Positions 26,422 to 33,950 of a stretch of DNA of 43,434 nt are shown here, piece by piece. Position 1 is the stretch's first letter. The number at the start of each line of letters is the position of its first letter. A program made the translations under genes and the position numbers. The notes under the pieces were generated by a model. That model saw only the letters and a program-made list of their open reading frames with translations, did no database searches and had not been told where the DNA came from. Source of the DNA: a virus (lineage: Duplodnaviria > Caudoviricetes); IMG/VR virus record IMGVR_UViG_3300044513_001251, positions 1-43,434 of that record; one strand, given 5' to 3'.

Positions 26422-26465
26422 ATTATAGCATACTATGTAGGTCTTGTGGGAGGTGCAGACAGTTT
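26422..26465 (-). promoter_or_regulatory. Extended -10 promoter (TGCTATAAT) with upstream AAACTGTC motif
   Basis: TATAAT at 26427-26422; would drive the small basic ORF and tRNA-Leu. Confidence 0.6.
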
Positions 26466-26573
26466 TGTGATTGACTGCTGCTTGATGAATGCCTTGAGCT
26501 CTGGGGTCTCTTCCCACTCCCAGATCTCTTCGTGTCCCTTACTATCGATCTTCTTAAAAGTCTTTAAAGCCAT
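26433..26573 (-). CDS. Small hypothetical protein (46 aa) MALKTFKKIDSKGHEEIWEWEETPELKAFIKQQSITKLSAPPTRPT
   Basis: Manual translation; GAGGA upstream and its own sigma70 promoter. Confidence 0.65.
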   Translation of the reverse strand: MALKTFKKIDSKGHEEIWEWEETPELKAFIKQQSITKLSAPPTRPT

Positions 26574-26599
26574 GATGTCTTCTTATCCTCAACAGAGTT

Positions 26600-26628
26600 A
26601 TTTTACTGGGTTTTCTGAGATTTGTCAA
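26600..26628 (-). promoter_or_regulatory. Sigma70 promoter
   Basis: TTGACA-N17-TAAAAT. Confidence 0.8.
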
Positions 26629-26738
26629 TCGTCATCTTGAAATAAGTTAGCGATTGCTGTGAATACTGAATGAAATGCCACATACAAGAAGAACTTTTCT
26701 TCGGCATCTCTGCTTTTCTTGCGTCTAGTTGTTGTCAT
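26625..26738 (-). CDS. Small putative membrane peptide (37 aa) MTTTRRKKSRDAEEKFFLYVAFHSVFTAIANLFQDDD
   Basis: ATGA overlap with the upstream stop; fills the intergenic gap. Confidence 0.6.
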   Translation of the reverse strand: MTTTRRKKSRDAEEKFFLYVAFHSVFTAIANLFQDDD

Positions 26739-26974
26739 GAAAACATACCTTTATCACTCATGTATTTAAGAGTTTCTTTTAGACTGCCACGATGATCTAA
26801 ACCAATTGCAATCTGTGGATACTCTGCTTCTGATCCAAATTCAGCTCTAAATTGCTTGTCGCTAAAGTCAGCACCTAGTAAGAATTCTCTTACGTCCTGA
26901 CCACATGCTTCAAGAACCATAATTGCTCTTTCTGATTCTTGACTACCGTTACCATAAACTAGTGCTTGTATCAT
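26735..26974 (-). CDS. Glutaredoxin-like protein lacking CxxC (79 aa)
   Basis: Grx-like layout: LVYG...ERA..L, F.AEFG...YPQI.IG..H.G. Confidence 0.7.
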   Translation of the reverse strand: MIQALVYGNGSQESERAIMVLEACGQDVREFLLGADFSDKQFRAEFGSEAEYPQIAIGLDHRGSLKETLKYMSDKGMFS

Positions 26975-27177
26975 TTTTTCTGATGGTTATACTCAATTAC
27001 AATTTTTTCATGTTCAGTGGTTCTATCACAGCAAGTGTAATGCTTTGCTTCACCACCTAATATCTTACAAATATTGTCTAGTTGCGTTTTAACAGCAAAA
27101 TTTTTAAAGTCATCGTCAATCTTGTTATGCATCTTTCGGTACTGTTCAGCACCAAGGTTATCTAAAAAATCATTCAT
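26971..27177 (-). CDS. Hypothetical protein (68 aa, MNDFLDNL...)
   Basis: TAATG overlap upstream and ATGA overlap downstream. Confidence 0.7.
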   Translation of the reverse strand: MNDFLDNLGAEQYRKMHNKIDDDFKNFAVKTQLDNICKILGGEAKHYTCCDRTTEHEKIVIEYNHQKK

Positions 27178-27491
27178 TAGTCTCTCTGTCGCCAATCATC
27201 AGGTTTGTCTTGTTTGAACCAGTCAACGATCTCATCCGCACCAGAGAACCCTGTGCGGTAATTTGAGGGGTCTGGATCACCTAGACCCATCTTATTCATG
27301 AAATCGTCCATACTGCCCTCTTGGATGTCATTAGCGGCGCATCTGCGTGCTTTGTTCAACCAGTCGCGTGCTGTTGTGTGTCTCTTGGCAAGTTTTTCTG
27401 CCCAGATCATGTCTTCAAGTTTTACTTCCTCCTTGTTAGCAATCTTCTTACAGATAAACTCTAATCGTAGTCTGTATTGCGTAGAAAGCAT
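27177..27491 (-). CDS. Hypothetical protein (104 aa)
   Basis: GGAG RBS; tightly packed operon. Confidence 0.8.
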   Translation of the reverse strand: MLSTQYRLRLEFICKKIANKEEVKLEDMIWAEKLAKRHTTARDWLNKARRCAANDIQEGSMDDFMNKMGLGDPDPSNYRTGFSGADEIVDWFKQDKPDDWRQRD

Positions 27492-27492
27492 C

Positions 27493-27687
27493 TTATTCTC
27501 CCAGTTTTGCCTCTAGATCATTTATTCGTGAAAACTCCCTATACGCCTTCTCAGAGCGTTCAGAGAGAATATCTGTAATATCTTTGATGATTACATCATT
27601 GTCAACATAATCGTCCAGATACTTATACAGTGCTTCTTTTAAGTATCTACATCGGTGCCACTCGGGCGAATAAGGTTTGTAGTCCAT
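27493..27687 (-). CDS. Hypothetical protein (64 aa)
   Basis: ORF following a late-promoter motif. Confidence 0.75.
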   Translation of the reverse strand: MDYKPYSPEWHRCRYLKEALYKYLDDYVDNDVIIKDITDILSERSEKAYREFSRINDLEAKLGE

Positions 27688-27707
27688 AATAAAAAATCAG
27701 ATGTAAT

Positions 27708-27714
27708 TATTTAG
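27708..27714 (-). promoter_or_regulatory. Late promoter CTAAATA
   Basis: Located just past the terminator, 20 nt before the ATG. Confidence 0.6.
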
Positions 27715-27719
27715 AGGCA

Positions 27720-27746
27720 TAAAAAAAGCGCACCCGAAGGTGCGCT
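27720..27746 (-). terminator. Rho-independent terminator
   Basis: AGCGCACC-TTCG-GGTGCGCT followed by a T run. Confidence 0.92.
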
Positions 27747-27762
27747 CAATCAAGTCAGGAGA

Positions 27763-28134
27763 TCAGAAGGAATACTTCAGACCAGCCTTGGTGCCGTAAG
27801 AACGGTCAACACCAGCAACGCCCGAACCAACGAACGAAACTTCACCGTAAGCAGAGAGGCTATCGGTCAGACCAACGCCAAGACCTGCCTTACCTGAAGG
27901 AACCCAGTCAGAAGCACCGCTGTCAGGAAGAACGACGGTAGCGCCTGCTTGGACATACCAGGAAGCGTCAGTGCCCAGAGCACCTTCGTAACCAACGTGG
28001 TTGTCGATCGAAGTGCCAGTGTAGTTAGAACCAGTGAAACCAGAGTTAGCCTCGACGTTCACATAGGGACCTGCCATAGCAGCGGTCGCCATAAGGGGTG
28101 CAGCAGCGGCAGCTGCGAGAACAGATTTGAACAT
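27763..28134 (-). CDS. Small outer-membrane beta-barrel-like protein (123 aa)
   Basis: Signal peptide ending AMA, alternating beta-strand pattern, C-terminal KYSF; GAGG RBS. Confidence 0.8.
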   Translation of the reverse strand: MFKSVLAAAAAAPLMATAAMAGPYVNVEANSGFTGSNYTGTSIDNHVGYEGALGTDASWYVQAGATVVLPDSGASDWVPSGKAGLGVGLTDSLSAYGEVSFVGSGVAGVDRSYGTKAGLKYSF

Positions 28135-28210
28135 AATTGTTTCCTCGAAATTTACTTGCGGAATGGATACCCGCAGATGATGGATCAGGTTGTCCCGATC
28201 GCATGGATTG

Positions 28211-28240
28211 ATTATAGCACATGAAGCAGAAGCGCGTCAA
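28211..28240 (-). promoter_or_regulatory. Sigma70 promoter of the outer-membrane protein gene
   Basis: TTGACG-N18-TATAAT with an extended TG. Confidence 0.8.
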
Positions 28241-28288
28241 GTGGTTTGGTGCGAGTAATTGAGGCACCTCTCCATTTGCTACAGGAGT

Positions 28289-28335
28289 AATTTAGCATGG
28301 CAGGTTGCCAAAAACAAGCCCCCTTGTGCCAGTTT
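28289..28335 (-). promoter_or_regulatory. Second upstream promoter with AAACTGGCACA motif
   Basis: AAACTGGCACA, then TTGTTT-N17-TAAATT with an extended TG. Confidence 0.55.
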
Positions 28336-28356
28336 ACGATACGGATTTCCGATCGA

Positions 28357-29409
28357 TCAGTTAAGATAAATTAATGTGCCAGTGATACGAACGTTTCCTG
28401 AGGACGTGATCGAGACATCTCCACTACCAACAATGTCCACAGCAGCAGCATCAACATTGAGATTTGCAGTAGTAACAGAAAAATCTGCACCAATTGCAAC
28501 TACATCGCTAGTTGCAACTAAGTCCATTTCTCCAGAGCTGTAAATACCAGCAGCTTTAGTTCCCGCTAAAGCAGCATTAGTTGATGTTCCAGCGTAATAT
28601 CCAAAAGTTCTACTCTTGATCAATGTTCCAGCGCCACCAACACTAGATTGATGTAAGCATCCACCAACGATCTGCTGATAATCTTGGGAAACATTCCACT
28701 GAATGTTTGGTGAGTTCCAAACAACATTAGAGCGAGGATCAAATTGTTCTGTTACATCTACACCAGCACCAGAAGTTTTCTTTTCTCCCGTAACAGTGTC
28801 TTTCTTGTTAGTCTGAGTAGTATTGATTGCAGGTGCTGCCATGGTAATTTCACCATCAGACTGCAACTTAATCGTTTGTCCTTCCAAAACTAACTCAGAA
28901 GTAGCAGTAATTAAAACTTTTGTCGCATTAATATATCTTGTTCCACCTTTAACTTCTTCTACATAATCACCAACACAAAGAACAGTCAATGCTTGCTTAT
29001 CTTTATCAGATCCATAATTAAATTTAAGATCCGATCTTTCATGGTGTTCTTGCTGCTGACCCCAAGTTTTAATACATAGTTTTCCTCCACCTGGAGAACC
29101 TTTTTCTGTATTTCTCTTGCCAGTTAAAATCTTAACAGATCCATCATCCGTAAAAACTAACGCATTTGCATCTGGACCATCTATTCTAAGAGCACCAGTA
29201 AGACCATCTGGCATCTTCCTCTCATAAATCTCTGACTTAGTTAAGTATCCCTTATACCAAGTCTGAAATTTGGGTTGTTCTTCGGTCTCCTGAGTTTCAT
29301 CGGGAGTTGTTGGTTTAGCAATTTCCGTAGGATAAGTTTTAGCAGGAGCAGTTTTTTTCTGCCCGTATGCTCTCTTCTCGGTTGCTGCGTGTAAGTCTGT
29401 ATGTGCCAT
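28357..29409 (-). CDS. gp5 C-terminal-like baseplate spike protein (about 350 aa)
   Basis: TAATG-coupled to gp5-N; short-period beta-helix-like C-terminus ending ITGTLIYLN. Confidence 0.65.
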   Translation of the reverse strand: MAHTDLHAATEKRAYGQKKTAPAKTYPTEIAKPTTPDETQETEEQPKFQTWYKGYLTKSEIYERKMPDGLTGALRIDGPDANALVFTDDGSVKILTGKRNTEKGSPGGGKLCIKTWGQQQEHHERSDLKFNYGSDKDKQALTVLCVGDYVEEVKGGTRYINATKVLITATSELVLEGQTIKLQSDGEITMAAPAINTTQTNKKDTVTGEKKTSGAGVDVTEQFDPRSNVVWNSPNIQWNVSQDYQQIVGGCLHQSSVGGAGTLIKSRTFGYYAGTSTNAALAGTKAAGIYSSGEMDLVATSDVVAIGADFSVTTANLNVDAAAVDIVGSGDVSITSSGNVRITGTLIYLN

Positions 29410-32243
29410 TATGGACAATCAATGTATTGACCAGTGCCAATCTTAGTGGCACCGATAGTAGATAGTGCTTCAGTCTCTAGACATGCTAGAGAAGGTAATA
29501 GTTTAGCACCATAACCATTACCACCAATAATATCTATAGCAGGAAACTTATCGAATGTTCTGGTTCTGTCAAGGATACGAGCTCCAATGACAAATCCATC
29601 ATCGTTGATAACTGCTTCAGCAACGCCAAGTTCACCATTGACATACATCTTAGGAACTTCTGTGTAACCAATGCCAGGTCTCAAGATGGTGAAACTATCA
29701 ATGATACAACGAACTCCTCTATCAGATGCTAAGTTTTTCTTATATCCATATCCTGGTTTCTTAATACGAATTTCTGTTAGATATCCATTCTCATCCAAAA
29801 GTGCCGTTGCAGCAGCGCCAATTCCATTACCTCCAACAAAGACATATGGTGGTTCTGCCCAAGGATCTCCTGGGTTGTCAACAGGAATTTCAATAATTCC
29901 TCCATTGTTATCAGTAATAATCTTAGTAGGATCAACTGTTGGTAGTTCAAAGTCTAAGAAGACTGTTTCGGTATCATCACCAACACCTTCATCAAAGTCT
30001 TCGATGTCTTGATCATCTGCAGTAGTAATTACAACATCAACAAATACACCTTTACCGTTTAATGTGAAGCGTAGCGTCTCAGCATCTTCAACAACACCAT
30101 CATCTGCGATACCAACAGTTACTTTTACTGTGTTATTGTTGATTACACATGAACCATTCAACGAACCACCAATGATGTCACCTGGAGTGATATCTTTTCC
30201 ATTCATCGTGTAGTAAACAATCGTTCCATTTTCTACATTGGTTGTAGTAATAGTGTAGATGATAAACTCTCCTTCTGGACATGATGTTCTGTTTGCTGTA
30301 AGAGCATATGTTGGTGTGGTAGTATCACCATCATCTCCAGTCTGACTTCCTGGATTTTCTGGTAGCAAGTCTTCTGCTGTAGGAGCATCAATTGGATTGT
30401 ATGGATTTTGTGTTGGTGGTGTAGTTGGATCTCCTGGTTCTTTTAGATTTTGTTCAGTGATCGTGCATTTAGCGACATTCTTCTTGAAGAGAGATGCAAT
30501 TTTACTTCCATTTATTGGGGAATTTGTCTTCAATGAAATATAGAAAAACTCTTCTGGTTCATCTTCTGGATTATATAAAGTCTGAATAAGAATTGTCTTA
30601 GCAGTTTCATTAGGAGCAAATCCAAGAATACCATCAACTGCAATATAATCTTCTCCCTCTGTTGCCGTTCCCAACTTCAAGGTCTTATACTTGACTGAAG
30701 ATGCAGAATCTAGATATCCAGATCGAGTTACAGTAAATGTTGCAATATTGCCTTCTACAACTTCAATATCCTCGATATTATATGTAATTTTTGGTTTCTT
30801 AGTTGTTGGTAATCCTCCTGTTGTTCCAGATCCATCTGAAGGAACACCACCAGTAAATCCAACTGTCGTTGTCGCCAGAGGACTACCAGTATATGCTTCG
30901 TCACAAACATACTGAGTATAGTCTGCTGGAGTATCTCCAAATAAATTATCAATATCTGACAAAAGATCATCTAAGAAGTTTTTATCATCATTTCCTTCCT
31001 TCTCTTCTCCAGTGGTGCATATTTGCTTGTATTTGGTGCATGTGGTATCTGGACCAGAGCAAGAAATGCCAAGTAATTCAAGAACATAATTAACTGCTCC
31101 ACCAATAATATTAAGGGGAATAGCAACCGCCCCGAGGATATCTTGCAGTGGACCCAAAATACTATCAAATAAGTCATTTAACAATTCATTGATCTTTGAA
31201 ATAATACCATTAACCAACTCATCAACATGACAAATGACTGATCTATAAATTTCTTCAATATAGCTCATCAAGACATTCGTCAACCACTCAATCAATCTTT
31301 CGCCAAGATCTTCCATCTGACAACCAAGATCTTTGAGTAGATTGTTAAACCATTCTGTTACTGGAGTGAGAACATTACCAGTCTCTTCTGGTGCTAAAGC
31401 TGCTTTAATTAAATCGTCAACACCTGCTGCAATTTTTGTTGAGATATATCCTTTAACTCTAGCAAGAAATTCTGTTACAACAGATATTGCTTGATTAATA
31501 TAAGTTCTTGCTGTGGAAATAGCACTATTTAATTCTCCAGTTATTTTACTTGTGTAATATGTTCCAATATTACCACCACTACTCTGAATATCAGCAAGCA
31601 TCTGACCCAGAATAGTATTCATCTGGGTCTTTAAATCTGGATCTTTACACTTCTGTGCTACTGTCTGACACCACTCTTCATCTTTCATCGCTTGAATTTT
31701 AGCGGATGGTGTAGGAGCACGTTCTTCGCCATCTCCTCTCTTTGTGCCATCTGGAAGAGCACCAGTTGTCTTTTCTGTCTTTTCTTGTGATGGATCTCCG
31801 TCTTTTGTTGGTCTTACCGCTAGATCGCCAGATCCTTCTGGACCAGAAGTAAATGCTTCTGCATCTGGTCCTTTTGGATCTAATTTTGTTCCTGCCCCTG
31901 GAGTTGCTCCAATAGAACCCATAATAATGGGTTTCTGTCTTTCTTGATCTAGATAAAATCCAACCACCCAACAACCCTTAACAAGTTGTGGATGTCCGCC
32001 ACCAATGTTACCAGGCATGAAAGGAACATTAACAGGCATCATTACTTGTGCCCATGGCAAATTAGGAGTATCAATGATCTCCCTGCTTTGGGGATGATCA
32101 CCGATAATCCTTACTTTATATCTGTAACCGCCCTTGTTGTTTTTTTCATCTTGAGCGGTTCCTTCAACTTGCCCGATCCACCAATTGAATCCGTCATTGC
32201 CAATTCTATTGGATGGAACTATCTGTGACAGTAATTGATCCAT
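29409..32243 (-). CDS. gp5: Baseplate hub gp5-like protein (N-terminal OB fold) with a Calx-beta-like domain
   Basis: GNDGFNWWIGQVE...YKVRIIGDH...LPWA...GCWVVGFYLD...PIIMGSI; VVEGNIATFTVTRSG...TATEGEDY...LGFAPNETAKTI. Confidence 0.85.
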   Translation of the reverse strand: MDQLLSQIVPSNRIGNDGFNWWIGQVEGTAQDEKNNKGGYRYKVRIIGDHPQSREIIDTPNLPWAQVMMPVNVPFMPGNIGGGHPQLVKGCWVVGFYLDQERQKPIIMGSIGATPGAGTKLDPKGPDAEAFTSGPEGSGDLAVRPTKDGDPSQEKTEKTTGALPDGTKRGDGEERAPTPSAKIQAMKDEEWCQTVAQKCKDPDLKTQMNTILGQMLADIQSSGGNIGTYYTSKITGELNSAISTARTYINQAISVVTEFLARVKGYISTKIAAGVDDLIKAALAPEETGNVLTPVTEWFNNLLKDLGCQMEDLGERLIEWLTNVLMSYIEEIYRSVICHVDELVNGIISKINELLNDLFDSILGPLQDILGAVAIPLNIIGGAVNYVLELLGISCSGPDTTCTKYKQICTTGEEKEGNDDKNFLDDLLSDIDNLFGDTPADYTQYVCDEAYTGSPLATTTVGFTGGVPSDGSGTTGGLPTTKKPKITYNIEDIEVVEGNIATFTVTRSGYLDSASSVKYKTLKLGTATEGEDYIAVDGILGFAPNETAKTILIQTLYNPEDEPEEFFYISLKTNSPINGSKIASLFKKNVAKCTITEQNLKEPGDPTTPPTQNPYNPIDAPTAEDLLPENPGSQTGDDGDTTTPTYALTANRTSCPEGEFIIYTITTTNVENGTIVYYTMNGKDITPGDIIGGSLNGSCVINNNTVKVTVGIADDGVVEDAETLRFTLNGKGVFVDVVITTADDQDIEDFDEGVGDDTETVFLDFELPTVDPTKIITDNNGGIIEIPVDNPGDPWAEPPYVFVGGNGIGAAATALLDENGYLTEIRIKKPGYGYKKNLASDRGVRCIIDSFTILRPGIGYTEVPKMYVNGELGVAEAVINDDGFVIGARILDRTRTFDKFPAIDIIGGNGYGAKLLPSLACLETEALSTIGATKIGTGQYIDCP

Positions 32244-32248
32244 ATCAA

Positions 32249-32461
32249 TCAATCATCGTATACTAAGCACTCGGGAGCACTTGGATTGTTGTCGCAGTAT
32301 AGTTCCAGAGATGAAGGATCGTGATGATCTTCTGGATGACGCTCTGCGTATGCTTCTAATTCTTCTAGTTCGCCTTCGATATGACGACGGCGTTGAGGTG
32401 AGAGTTGAGGATTAGCAAGTTCCTCTTTGTCTGCTTCAATATGTTGTTCGATGCTTTCCAT
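32249..32461 (-). CDS. cp12: CP12 Calvin-cycle inhibitor (70 aa)
   Basis: C-terminal LELYCDNNPSAPECLVYDD; GGAGG RBS. Confidence 0.93.
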   Translation of the reverse strand: MESIEQHIEADKEELANPQLSPQRRRHIEGELEELEAYAERHPEDHHDPSSLELYCDNNPSAPECLVYDD

Positions 32462-32482
32462 GTTTAGTTACCTCCGTATACA

Positions 32483-33946
32483 TTATTTAGTGCCATGATT
32501 TGACACCTTATCCTTCATTCCGTAAGAATCTCTCATTAAGCGAAGAGTTGTAGTAAATCTTCCATTTGTTCCAACGGTCGTGTCATATGTGTGAGTTACC
32601 TCTCTAATAAGGTATACTCCACTCGATTCTGTATCATAATTTTCATCTTTTGCCTCTTCATTTGGCAATTTACTCTGAAGTCTTATGTCAATTTTATCTC
32701 CTGCACAAATTTCAACGTTACCAGGAACCACTATAGTACATGATTGGTTTTTTAGCAACTGATATCTTGCAATTGCTTGTGCTGCGTAAAACTTTTGCCA
32801 ATCAGCAGTAGATGTTGGACTTGTAGCATTGGGATCTTCTGGATCTGCAATTCCTGGTTCATTATAATATGTTTCATGGTCTAACATGAACGACATAATT
32901 TTTGTTGGATATTTTGACAAGTCAGAAATTTGATCCGTTGGAACTAGTGAAATTGATTGCTGACCACCCAAGTGTGCCATACTATCGTAAGAATCTTGTA
33001 TGTTGTAAATATACTCTTCGTATTTTCCAGTGCTATGATTAAAGAATGCAATAAATGAAGAATACTTCCCAGTCCTCAATGATGTTAGCAAATCAAGTTC
33101 TGACTGAAATGTGGATGTGTAAATTGTGTATCTGTCATCCGATCCATCATCTTGATTAGCAATTTTCTCATAATATGGTCCCCAAGTAATATCTTCCAAC
33201 TTACTGGATTTCAAACTACTCTCACTATCAGCACACATAGAATCAATAGCAAAGAAATTATATCCTCGTTTAGATTCCCAAAATAAAAATCCACCAGATC
33301 CTGTTATATTCTTTGCGTTATTTCCTCCTTTTTTATCAGTTGGTTCCGATCCACTTTCTTCTTTAGCATTTGGATCTTTCTTAGTCGCTTCTTCTTTATA
33401 TTTTGCTTGAGGAGATACACTCTTAATTGCTAAAGTAGAAATAATGTCAAAGGGTCTTCCATTATTAGCAGAAAACTTTACTTCAAACAACGATGGTTCC
33501 GAATATACAGTTTTTGCAGATTTAATTGTATTGTTTAATAAGTCTTTAGTAATTGATTCTGGATTTCCCTCAAGTCTTCTCTGAACACGATTAACTTCAT
33601 TTTCAAGTGCTTCTTGTGAGATTAGTCCAAGAGTATATGCTTGCTTTTGATTTTGTGCATATCGATTACCTACTTTCCAAACAACCATTGTATATGCAAC
33701 TGCTTCTTCAGATGCATTAGTGAGAACTTCAATTTCTACTTTTTCAGCACCTTGAATTGGCAAACCTTGAAGCAAACCACCACTATCAACAACTTCCATT
33801 GTTGCTGATAAAAATGGAGCAAAGACACTCTCAACATAACTAAAAGTATTAATCAACTGTTTGATTTCTACAGGTTTACTACCACCTCTAGGATAAATCT
33901 TAACACTCTTAAGTTGAAAGTCTGTAAAAGATCCGAAGTCTGCCAT
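32483..33946 (-). CDS. Baseplate hub protein, probably gp27-like (487 aa)
   Basis: ESVF.PFLSA...D...L..LPIQGAEKV, FLFWESKRGYNF, VPGN....GD.I...SGVYLI..VTH; lies between the tape-measure-like gene and gp5. Confidence 0.65.
   Translation of the reverse strand: MADFGSFTDFQLKSVKIYPRGGSKPVEIKQLINTFSYVESVFAPFLSATMEVVDSGGLLQGLPIQGAEKVEIEVLTNASEEAVAYTMVVWKVGNRYAQNQKQAYTLGLISQEALENEVNRVQRRLEGNPESITKDLLNNTIKSAKTVYSEPSLFEVKFSANNGRPFDIISTLAIKSVSPQAKYKEEATKKDPNAKEESGSEPTDKKGGNNAKNITGSGGFLFWESKRGYNFFAIDSMCADSESSLKSSKLEDITWGPYYEKIANQDDGSDDRYTIYTSTFQSELDLLTSLRTGKYSSFIAFFNHSTGKYEEYIYNIQDSYDSMAHLGGQQSISLVPTDQISDLSKYPTKIMSFMLDHETYYNEPGIADPEDPNATSPTSTADWQKFYAAQAIARYQLLKNQSCTIVVPGNVEICAGDKIDIRLQSKLPNEEAKDENYDTESSGVYLIREVTHTYDTTVGTNGRFTTTLRLMRDSYGMKDKVSNHGTK
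32484..32490 (-). promoter_or_regulatory. Late promoter CTAAATA upstream of cp12
   Basis: Overlaps the stop codon of the upstream gene. Confidence 0.6.
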
Positions 33947-33950
33947 GATA

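Noticed and set aside
26302-26640. 112-aa + strand ORF
   Set aside because: Antisense to small minus-strand ORFs that have RBSs and promoters.
28241-28320. Assignment to a named Rfam motif such as wcaG or a glutamine riboswitch
   Set aside because: Only a short TTTGGTGCG resemblance, on the strand opposite the flanking genes; cannot be supported without a covariance search.
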